Shown here piece after piece: positions 44,213 through 53,759 of a DNA stretch of 64,000 nt. The DNA comes from Caecitellus pseudoparvulus (taxonomy: Eukaryota > Protista > Bigyra: Bicosoecida): the NCBI GenBank assembly GCA_965644315.1, contig CBFFRQ010000030.1, positions 310,001 through 374,000 on the forward strand, in the 5' to 3' direction. The notes below the pieces were generated by a model. It did not search any database, was not told where the DNA came from, and saw only the letters and a program-made list of their open reading frames with translations. How positions within the stretch are numbered: the stretch's first letter is position 1; each line of letters begins with the position of its first letter. A program made the translations under genes and the position numbers.

Positions 44213-44477
44213 GCACACAATCACAGTCACTGTGTGGTGGGCTTACCCAATGCACGGTACAAACACTCGCCCAGATGTGTCGCCCAACTTGCCCTGGTGC
44301 CGCGGCAGCTGTAGCAACGAGAACGGCAGGGCAATCTCAAAACCAATTAACAAGTGTGCACACTCAAGGCTGCCGTGTCATCCATCTCACACTCCTCGCG
44401 TGTGGTGCTTACTGCCTGCCACAGCTGCCTGTCGCACGTGAAACGCCGCCCCGTCGGACGCCGCCCAATTTGTCACC

Positions 44478-45441
44478 ATGGCTGCCGTGCGTCACGCAGC
44501 CGACTCGCCTTGAGCTGTGCAGTCTCCAAACTCCACTGGCTTGGCTGCCTTGCCCCCTTGCAGATGCCCCTTGCGAAGGCCATCTCGGCTTGGGTGCGTG
44601 AGAAATGTCGCAGTGAAACGGCAGGCCGTGCACGGTGCCTGCGGGCCGCCTCGTTGCACAGGAAGCGACGTCAGGCGAAAGCGCCGCAGAGGCGAAGGAA
44701 ATCAAGATCATGGGCGGTGTGCCCCAAGACGACGGCAAGAAGCGCGTCTTCATCACGCGCCTTGACGCCACGCTTGGCTCACTGGCCAACTGCGAGTGCG
44801 TGCAGGAGCTGGCGCACGCAGCAGTTGCGGGCCCAGCAACACCCCACGGCTCTCCGCAGGCGCCTGTCTTTGTCCACGAACCTGATTGACAAGATGTTTG
44901 CTCTCACCGGCATGTCCAACCTCAAGATCCTCTCCCTGGCCCGCAACCGCCTCAAGCGCATCGAGAAGCTGGAGGATGTCGCAGACACCCTGGAGCAGCT
45001 GTGGCTCAGCTACAACGAGATCTCATCCCTGGACGGCCTGCAGGGCATGAACAAGCTGGAGGTGCTGTACATGAGCAACAACTCCATCAAGGAGTGGAGC
45101 GAGCTTGACAAGCTGGTGCGTGGCGGGCGTGGCACGAAACGCACAGCTTCGCTTTGCCGCAGCAAACTGCTGTGCCCACTGCTCAGGCTGAACTGGAGAG
45201 CTTGCGGGAGGTGCTGTTCATTGGGAATGACATTTACGACGGCTTGGAGCCCGAAATGGCCCGCCTCATGGTGGTGAAGCACCTGCCCAACGTGCGTGGC
45301 AGCGGTGGAGCAAGCTCTGCACGCAGAATCACACAGCAAGTGGCGCACTGGCGCCGCAATGCCCGTCTCCCCGCGCAGATCACCAAGGTGGACGCGGTGC
45401 TCATCAAGGACGACGACAGGCAGCGCGCAGCAGAGCTATAG
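44478..45441 (+). CDS. DNAL1: Axonemal dynein light chain 1 (LC1), multi-exon
   Basis: LSLSTNLIDKM, LKILSLARN, VADTLEQLWLSYNEI, LEVLYMSNN; about five GTGCGT..AG introns. Confidence 0.93.
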
Positions 45442-45446
45442 GCGCG

Positions 45447-46327
45447 TTATGGCCCCGCGGTCAGCTGCAGCACTGGCAGGGCAGGCTCTTCGTCAAACTT
45501 GGCCAGGTAGGCGAAGCGGAAGGCGTCATGCAGCGCCAGGATGTTGAACACGTCCAGGTATGCGTCTTTGCTGAAGGACCAGACAGACATGTCCATGAGG
45601 GACAATGCAATGTCGTGCCCCGAGGCAGCAGCGTGCTCAGCGGCGTGGCCGTTGGCGTAGCGTGAGCACAGCACAGCCCAGCAGCCCAGACACACCCACA
45701 CTTCAGCATGGCCGCACTCGCTGCAGGTGGGGGCCTTGAGGAACTCCCCTGACTCCGGCAAGGGGCCCAAGTGCTTGTGGGCGCCTTCGTACTCCGTCAG
45801 GGGCAGCACGGCCACGCCACCCTCCTGGGCCAGCAGCGCTGCCAGTGCCGCATCGGACATGTCTGCAGCTGGCGCAGGAGCTGCAGCGGTCTGCGCGGCA
45901 GCCGTGCTTGGGGCAGCCGCGGCCGCTGTGCTGGGGTGTGCGATGCGCTTGACCTCCTGCACCACCGCGTGTGAGCGCAGTTCAGGCAGCGTTGCGCCAG
46001 TCTCGAGGTCCAGCACTTCGCCGTCCAGCAGGCGGAGTGCAACGCCATGACCCGATTTCTCAGCGTGCTTGGCAGCTTGGCTGGTGCTGTCCCTGTGCTC
46101 CAGACAAGTGAAGCACTTCAGGCACACGACGAGGTGCTCGCTTGCCCCCGTCGCCTGAGCAAGGCGGGCCTTTCGGCGTGGTGAGACCTGCATGCAGGCA
46201 CCGCCCGTGGTCAAGCCAGCTCACTCACAGCGCACTGGGTGGTGTCAGCTGCAGAGAAAGTGTCTGGGACACAGCTCGCGATGCTTGATTGCGCGTCGCC
46301 GGCGCCTTGAGCTGCTTCCAAAGCCAT
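45447..46327 (-). CDS. Stand-alone tandem ZnF-UBP (BUZ) protein, HDAC6-type
   Basis: CSECGHAEVWVCLGCWAVLCSRYANGHAAEH..GHDIALSLMDMSVW; upstream degenerate copy VCLKC..HAEKSGH; first exon ends at a GTGAGT donor. Confidence 0.8.
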
Positions 46328-46714
46328 ACGTGTCGTGCGGAAATTGGAAGGCCACTACAAACGCAGACCTGTCGCTACTTCGTGGATGCGGGGCAAGTTC
46401 TAGGCACCCGAGGCAGCCACGTGTTCTGCATACCTTGTGACTGCGGTGGGCGAGCTGGATGTGTTTGCTGTCTTGAATTGGCGCGTGGCTGGTCGCAGCT
46501 GCGCCATGCCAATCCTGCAAGAGACTGTGTCGCAGCGGGGTGTAGGGGGATGATGACATGTGCCGTATCCTCCTGGGAACTATTGTGCACAATCTACTAC
46601 CGGCGGGACCAGCTGCTGTCCAGGATGGGGTTCAGGTGATTGTGTGGTTCGGATGCTCAGTCCGCGACGTGCAGAGGATGGGAGGGAATGAGTGCCAACA
46701 CAGCAGTTGGAGCC

Positions 46715-47109
46715 TTAGGTGACCTTGGTTCCGAGAGGCGTGGCTGCCACCCCCGTGTCGTGGGCAGCTTGCTGCTTGGCCATGAAGTCTGCCTGCTGGC
46801 TGGCCTGCACCTCGGCAACTCGGCGTTGGATGCGGCCAGACAGCTTCAAGTACTTGCCGACAGCGTTGGCGACGCATTCCTTCTCCTTGCCGGACAATTT
46901 GCTGCTGCGGAAGCTGTGCACACACTGCTTGAACGACACCTGCACGACTGTGTTGTACAGCCTGCGGAGACGGGAGCGGAACTTGGAGTGCGTGACACGC
47001 GCAGGGTGCTGCCAGACGGCACAGCGCCCGCGCAGCCCACGCACTGAACGCTCTGTTCCACCTGCATCATGGCCACCATCTTCTGCAGCTCGCCATCGGA
47101 GATTGCCAT
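46715..47109 (-). CDS. TIM9: Mitochondrial small Tim chaperone, Tim9-like; intron 46962-47044
   Basis: LYNTVVQVSFKQCVHSFRSSKLSGKEKECVANAVGKYLK follows the Tim9 pattern (YN..V..CF..CV..F....L...E..C...C..K). Confidence 0.8.
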
Positions 47110-47375
47110 GACTGCGCGGTGAAGTAACGAAGCTGGGCCGGCTGTCGAGAGGCTGGTGCTGTGGCTTGTGCGAGGGCTGCCCGAGGCGCGCAGACGTCGA
47201 GTTCCGGGAGACGGACGGGGCTGGGGGGACACCGATCTTCTTTGTCTTCCCAAAGTGGAGGATTTCGGATTGAATTGGGCACCATGCTCGCCTGGGTGAG
47301 GCAGCAGAGCCGCGAAGCCCTGTAGTCAGGCCACCCCCCCCCACTTCCACGCTCTGCACCGGTCGATCCTGTCGC

Positions 47376-49346
47376 CTAGCTCGCCCCCCCGCCCTCGGCA
47401 ACAGAGCTCAAGTGCAAGAGCGCAGCGCCCAGCGTTGCGTGGGCGGCGCGTGGAGTGAGGGGGGGTGTCGCCATGCCGCCCCCCTCATCCCCCCCCTCCA
47501 CCTGAGGTGGAGGCAAGCCTGCCTCCGCTGCCGCCTTCTGAGCGGCCTCGGCAGCCGCCTTGGCCCGTTCACGCGCCAGAGTAGCGGCTGTGCGGGCCGC
47601 TTCCACAGCTTCCTGCGCTGCTAGGGCAGCTGCGTCCACCTGCACGCACACGTGCAGCTCAGGCAGGAGGCGCAGGCCAGCCTGACGCAGGGTGACGTCA
47701 TTTGACAGGTGATCCAGGCACTGCCCGGCCACGGAGAGGGAGTGTGGGGGCACGCCCACCTCGGCTTCCACGCGCTGGCGCAGGGTGCCCAAGGTGGTGT
47801 TCCGTAATTCCGCCGTGGCGAAGGGAATGTCTACGTTGCGGCTGACCAGGGCGGGCGAGTCCAGAGAGGCAGGCTGGGAGGCTGTCAAAGTGATGCGTGA
47901 GCCGGGGGGGTCCAGAAAACAGTGCACGTGGTAGTGGCGGGCTGGCGGCAGACCCAGCTGGTGCAGGGGGGTGTCCGGCGCACCGCGCAGGGCAGCTCCA
48001 CCCACCAGGATGTGGTCGGGGTGGCGGCGCCCTGGCAGGTGCTGGGCACAGGCTGATGCAAGGTGGTGCAGGGTGGGCATGCCCCGTCCTGCACCGGCAG
48101 CCACCTCTGCGTGGGAGAGGGCCAGCTGCTTGTGTCGCACGCCCCACACGCGAGGCAGGTGTTCCAGAGGCACTTCCCGGAGTGTGGACGCCGTATCCAG
48201 CTGCACACCAGGCGGCACCCACAGCAGGGTGAGGGAGAAGCGCCCAGGGTGGTGTGTGTCAGCTGATGGGGGGAGGGGCTGGGTGAGATCCACACGCACA
48301 CCTCCCTCCACATCCAGCACAAAGTCAGGCGGGCGGTCAGGCAAACCCGTCGCAGCAGAGGTGATGTCACGCACGATGCTGTCGGCGGCGACGTGTCTGT
48401 CGCGCTGGGCGGCTGGAGAAGCGAAGGCCACGACACAGTGCCGCACCACGCCACGCGGCGGCCTGCACCGCAGTGCAGCGGCCAGGGGCATGACCTGCCG
48501 CGGGAAGAACGCGAGGAAGCGCAGGCTCCCGGGATGTACGCCAGGCAACAAGCTGCGCAGGGCTTCCCCTGAGCCTGCCCGCAGGACGACTCCTGTGCTC
48601 TGCTCCTGCAACGCAGCGGGTGCACCGCCCACCACGCGTTCCGCCGCCTGCAGCAACCAACCGACGCCCCGGCTCTCAAGATCCAACGCTGTGACTGGTA
48701 ACCTGAGAGGCAGGCCAACATGCGACTCAGCAGGGGGGGGTGGCTGCTGCTTCCGCTGCGCTGCCGCCTGCAGCTCAAGGCGTGTTGGTGAAGGCGGCGC
48801 TGGCGGCGGCGCCACCAGTTGCGCCGGCCCCTGCACCTGCACGCTACGCACGGGGGTTGTTCTTTCTTCCATGGGACCGTGAGGAGAGGGGGGCAGTGCC
48901 ACTGATGCCTGTGGTGGCGCCCTCCCGAAGGCTGTCACGGATTCCTCCGAGTGCCAGCTGTGTGGACTGCCGGGCTGGTCACGGCCCGGAGAGGACTGCC
49001 CTGCCACAGGCCGGGAGCCAGCCTGCGCCGAGCGAGCTTGTCGCAGGTGGGACACCCGTTCGCGGGGACTGCGCCCTTCCCGTGGGGCGGGCTCGCCGTG
49101 TGCTGCGGCGTGGGGAGCGTGGAATGGGCTGGCGCCTGGCGGCACCAGGGACAGCGCATGTGGGGAAGGGGGATGCGTCGGCCCGGGCCAGACGCCTGCC
49201 TCGTGGAAGTGGCGGTGGTGATTGGGGGCCACGTGGCCAGTCATGGCATGTGGCGGCGAGTCACTGGTCCGCGGCGCGTGCCTGCGGGTGGGGGAGGCAG
49301 GCGGGCTGCGTGGTCGGTTGCACTGCGACGCGAGAGTGCCAGCCAA
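47376..49346 (-). CDS. Hypothetical protein with Pro-rich N-terminus and tandem ubiquitin-like units (start uncertain, possibly 49244)
   Basis: Long ORF; TTLGTLRQRVEAEVGVPPHSLSVAGQCL..DVTLRQAGL resembles a beta-grasp/Ubl fold, with similar units upstream. Confidence 0.55.
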   Translation of the reverse strand: MAGTLASQCNRPRSPPASPTRRHAPRTSDSPPHAMTGHVAPNHHRHFHEAGVWPGPTHPPSPHALSLVPPGASPFHAPHAAAHGEPAPREGRSPRERVSHLRQARSAQAGSRPVAGQSSPGRDQPGSPHSWHSEESVTAFGRAPPQASVALPPSPHGPMEERTTPVRSVQVQGPAQLVAPPPAPPSPTRLELQAAAQRKQQPPPPAESHVGLPLRLPVTALDLESRGVGWLLQAAERVVGGAPAALQEQSTGVVLRAGSGEALRSLLPGVHPGSLRFLAFFPRQVMPLAAALRCRPPRGVVRHCVVAFASPAAQRDRHVAADSIVRDITSAATGLPDRPPDFVLDVEGGVRVDLTQPLPPSADTHHPGRFSLTLLWVPPGVQLDTASTLREVPLEHLPRVWGVRHKQLALSHAEVAAGAGRGMPTLHHLASACAQHLPGRRHPDHILVGGAALRGAPDTPLHQLGLPPARHYHVHCFLDPPGSRITLTASQPASLDSPALVSRNVDIPFATAELRNTTLGTLRQRVEAEVGVPPHSLSVAGQCLDHLSNDVTLRQAGLRLLPELHVCVQVDAAALAAQEAVEAARTAATLARERAKAAAEAAQKAAAEAGLPPPQVEGGDEGGGMATPPLTPRAAHATLGAALLHLSSVAEGGGAS

Positions 49347-49704
49347 CCTGCACGTACGGGTGCATGCCTCCGTTGCGCTTGTAGGCCATGGCGGAGGGGG
49401 CGTGGCAGGATTTCAGGGTTGAGGGGGCGTTGCGTGAGAGGGTGCCACCTGCGTGGCCTGCTGCTGCGCTGCGTGGTACCGCGCAATGTGGATGTGGGGT
49501 GGCAGTCTCTGGTGTGTGTTGGGCAGGTTGAGTGGGTGGGTGGTCCTTGCTTCGAGGGGGTCAACGCGCTGCACTTTGTTCAGCACACCACATCTCCCCG
49601 TCATCGCAGAAGCACTCCCTGCACACCCATTGTCAGGAGCCACGCAAGACTGAGCCCCTTCACGGTGCCTATCCGTCCCCCGAAACACGCACGCCCACCA
49701 CGCC

Positions 49705-50622
49705 ATGTCAGCTGAAGCCGCAGACGGCAAGCAGGTGAAGCTGGAAGCCGCCAAGAAGAAGTGGGACACGTTCAGTGACCTGTACGCCCACTGGATGCAG
49801 CAGTGGAGCCTGCCTCTCGCGGCCACCCTCACGACGCAGCTTCAAACACGAGTTCCTGCAGCTGAGAAACGAGGCCTGCCCAAGCTCGTGGTTGACGTGG
49901 GGTGTGGGCCAGGAGTGGGGTCCGCCCACGCGGCTCGCTGCTTGCCGGCAGACTGGACCATGAAGGCATTCGACTTGTCGCCCGAGATGGCCAAGCGAGC
50001 CGCGGAGGAGCTGCAGAAGGTGGAGGATGGCGCCGGCGCAGCTGATTCCGCAGAACCCAGGCTGAGCGCAGGCGTCGCCCCAGCTGACTCCCTGCCCCTG
50101 CCAGACGCCAGCGCTGGTGCCATCATGTCCAACCTGTGCCTCATGATCACCCCTGATCCCGACGCGGCGCTGGCTGAGCTGCGCCGCGTGCTGGCGCCGG
50201 GTGGCGTGTTGGCCTTCAGCGTGTGGGGGCGCCCTGCGCAGTCACCCATGTTCACCCTGACGGGGAAAGCCATGGAGGAGGCAGGCCTGGTGTCGCCTTC
50301 TCCCTCGAGCCCTAGCCCTGGCCCCACCAACTTCACCCTGGGCCAGGACAAGGACGCCTTGCGGGAGCGAGTCAAGGCTGCCGGCTTCGACAGCGTGCTG
50401 GCGTGGCACGTGCAGGCGGCGCTGCCTGCGACGACCCCTGAGGAGGCAGCGGCCTTCCGCTGGGCCATGTCCCTGCACCCAGCCTCTGGCAAGCCCCTGG
50501 AGGAGGAGTGTGATGCGGCAACCAAGGACCAAGTGGTCACTGCCTGGACGGCAGCCTACGCTGAAGTCATGGCAGAGGGCAAGCCCATCGCACTGGACAC
50601 CACCGTCATCGTGGCCAAGTGA
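49705..50622 (+). CDS. Class I SAM-dependent methyltransferase
   Basis: VVDVGCGPG, FDLSPEM, SLPLPDAS, LAELRRVLAPGG. Confidence 0.9.
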   Translation: MSAEAADGKQVKLEAAKKKWDTFSDLYAHWMQQWSLPLAATLTTQLQTRVPAAEKRGLPKLVVDVGCGPGVGSAHAARCLPADWTMKAFDLSPEMAKRAAEELQKVEDGAGAADSAEPRLSAGVAPADSLPLPDASAGAIMSNLCLMITPDPDAALAELRRVLAPGGVLAFSVWGRPAQSPMFTLTGKAMEEAGLVSPSPSSPSPGPTNFTLGQDKDALRERVKAAGFDSVLAWHVQAALPATTPEEAAAFRWAMSLHPASGKPLEEECDAATKDQVVTAWTAAYAEVMAEGKPIALDTTVIVAK

Positions 50623-50694
50623 TGCCGCCCGCCGTGTGTAGCGGGCCAATACGACTAAAATGCATGTTCATGTGGCAGCCCGCCCCCCCCTCCG

Positions 50695-53220
50695 TCACCT
50701 GCCCTGGCTGTACCCCCCTGCCCCGCGCACCGTGTACCTCGTGAAACCGTCCACGCTGCCGCCACTGGCGTGGGTGTAGTACTGCCCGGAGGGGGCCGCC
50801 GTGGCGGGCGTCATGCCACCACTGCTCGTCAGGGTGGGCGTGGCTCGGATGCGGGACAGGATCTCCGTCGCAGAGGGCGAGCTGTCTGCCGGGGCATCGC
50901 CTTGCCCGCCGCCGCTGCCACCGCCGCCGCTCAGCATTTGCGACAGGCGCTTCTCCGTGTCTGCGATGGCGGCGGCGCTGCGCCTGCGGCCACGCTGCAC
51001 GCCACCCACGTCCCCCCCTTCATACCCACCCCCACCAGGTTGGATGTGGGGGGCGGCGCCACCCGAGGGGGGGGTGGTCCCTCCAGCAGGGGGGGGTCGT
51101 CGCCCGCTCGTCGGGGAGTGCGCCACCACCACCTGCTCCTGCAGGGCTCTGACCTGCTTCTCTGCCTTGTTCCGGGCAGTCTCTGCCGCAGCCAGCTTGG
51201 CCTCCAGCGCAGCGATGCCCGCCTCTGCCTCCCGACCCCGCCCCTCCCAGTGGTTTGCGTACTCCTCCCACTCCTGCACCAGCTTCGTCTTGTCTGCAAT
51301 GTCCGCCCGCGCGGCAGCCAGAGCAGCCTCCATGGCCCCCGTGCCGCCGGATGCTGGCGCGGGGGCGGACCCCGCCGGGGAGCTGCTGGACACGGCGGAG
51401 CGTGCCTCGGCCAGCTGGGCTGCCAGCCGCCCCGCCTCCGCCTCCGCACTGGCCAGGCGGCTCTCCAGGGAGCGCTTCTCTGTGGCGGCGGCCGCCTGCA
51501 CGTCGTGCAGCTCGGATTTGGCCAGGGCAGCGGCGTCTTTGGCGCTGTGCGCCTCCGCCGCTGCCTCGCGCAGACGGGCCTGCAGCGAGTCCAGCTGCGC
51601 ATTCAACTGCGCCACCTGCGTCTCACGAGCCTCTGCCTCTGCCACGGCCTTGTGGGACGTCTCCTCCGCCGCCTTGCTGCGCCGGGTCACCTCGCTCAGC
51701 TGCTCGCGCAGCGTCGCCACCTCCCCCGCCGCCTCCGCCTGCGCAGCCTTGGCTTCCCGAGCAGTGGCAGCAGCAGCATCGGCCGCCTTGCGAGACTGCG
51801 CCGCCGCCCGAGCGTCTGCGTCGGCCACTTGCTGCTGCAAGGTCCCGATGCGGTGGTGAGCGTCATCCAGAGCACTCTGGGCGGCATCGGCGCGTGCGGT
51901 GGCCTCGTGTGTCGCGGCGTTGGCACTTGCCAGTGACTCCTCCAGCTCCAGCACCTGGCTCTCTAGGGTCGCGAGGGCCTGCGCCTGCTGCGCCAGCTGC
52001 GCCTCCAACTGCTCCGTGGTGGAGGAGGTGGAGCCGGGAGACCCGGCAGGCGCCCCCCCCGCCCGAGGGGACATGTGGGCCGACCGAGCAGGTGAGGCCG
52101 GCCCCCCCCCCGCCGACATGGGGGAGCCAGCCCGCGACGCCGCGCCCTCTGCCTTCCTGCGCTCCGCCTGGGCCGTCTCCAGGCGCGTCTCCAGCGCCGT
52201 AATGCGCTGGCGCAGGGCGGCCTCTGACGTGGACCGCTCTGCGCGCTCAGCCTCCAGCTGCGCCTCGAAGGCATCCGAGCGGTCCTTCCACTGCCCCGCG
52301 ATGTCGGCATTCTCCGTCGCAGACTGCTCCATGGCCAGCAGCTGCGTCTCCAGGTCCTTCAGCTCCCCGTCCAGCTCCGCCACCCGCGCCGTCAGCTCAT
52401 CCTTCTCGCTCTGCACCATTTGGCGGAAGGTGCGCTCTCGCCGGGCACGGGCATGGGCGTCCGCGATGTCCTGCGAGGGGGGGAGGGGGCGCAGCGTGCA
52501 GTTCAGCGCGGTGCCAGGACTTGTGACGCGCTGCCACCACGCACATCTCCGCGCTTCTGCCACACGGCAACCTCCTCCTTCAGGCGGGTGAGCTTGGCTG
52601 CCAGGGTGGTCAGCTCCACCCCCATGCCTGGGTGAGCCGCCGCCACCTGTGAGAAGTCCTCCAGCTCCAGGTGGGATGGGGACTGCATGGTGGCGGCAGA
52701 CAGCGCAGGGGACGCGGCAGCGCGCGCAGGGGTGCTGGGCTCCACGCCAGTGCCTTGCGGCGCCAGAGGCGGCGACGTGACGCCAGACAGCACCGCTGCC
52801 TCTGTGTGAGGCTCGTGCACTGCCAGCACGCCGCCCGAGCCGCCAGCTGGCGTGCGCAGGTACAGGTAGCACCCCCCATCAGCCATGAGTTCTGTGCGGG
52901 GCGCGGGGGTGTCAGGGGGCGGGTGCGAGGCTGAGCAGATGGTGGAGGGAAACGGCAGCACTGCCGCCCGGTCACGCACGGCTCATGGTGGTGCCGGCAC
53001 ACGCTGCTTCGCCTTGCCCAGCTGCATCCAACAACGCCACGACGATGTCCCCGACCATGTCTTCCCCTGCGATGTTGCGCAAGTTCAGGCGCTCCACGCT
53101 CCACGTCCCAGCAGCCGGCGGCAGCGTGTAAGTGAATGAACTGTCAGGCGTGCGAAGCACGAGGTGCCGCTCCTCCGGCCCGGCATCCTGCAGCACGAGC
53201 GTCGCAGACCACAGGGCCAT
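50695..53220 (-). CDS. Long coiled-coil protein with a small N-terminal beta-rich domain, spliced
   Basis: Ala/Glu-rich heptads across 51150-52450; upstream ORF pieces joinable by GT-AG introns (acceptor near 52471). Confidence 0.65.
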
Positions 53221-53759
53221 GGCGCCCTGTCCCTCCCTTGTGCTGGTTTCAGCGCAGTCTGCGCCGGTGGGTGGCTGCAGCGGGCTGCACGGCGGCGTGA
53301 CACCAGGCGCCACCCTTGGGGTGTCCTGCAACGAAACGCGGAATGAAACTCTGGTGCAAGTGCACCTGACCAGGCACACACTGCAAGGCGCCTGACCACG
53401 GCAGAGTGAGGCCAAGAGTGATTCAAAACGTTGGTTTGAAGAGTAGTGTCTGGACTCTCTGCTGTGGTTGAGGACTTGCAGGGCGCATCGTGGTGTGGGG
53501 CAGGTTCCGCACCGCAACCAGACTGCACGTCACATCACAACAGTCCCCGCGCCCAGCCAAACCTGACACGGCAACGCAGCCAGACACGGTGCATGGCTCG
53601 CCATGCACCACTTGATGCTCAGTCACAGCTCGCGAAGCCCAGGCCTCATGCCCTGCTCGCACAGCGTCACCCGTGCAGAGCGTCGAGCACTGTTGCCCGG
53701 CAAGCCAGCACACGGCCCAGTCTCCACTGTGAGGCCAAGGCACCTACGCCACGGCAGGG

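Noticed and set aside
46289-46639. ORF with YFVDAGQVLGTR resembling the selenoprotein K N-terminus; nearby ATGATGA box C-like motif
   Set aside because: No ATG start in place, no TM helix, no terminal Sec context, and no downstream box D; more likely UTR/promoter sequence.
53410-53450. SECIS-like GTGA../..GA core in the hairpin
   Set aside because: The helix above the core is only 5-6 bp, and the site lies between two 5' ends with no upstream UGA-containing gene on that strand.
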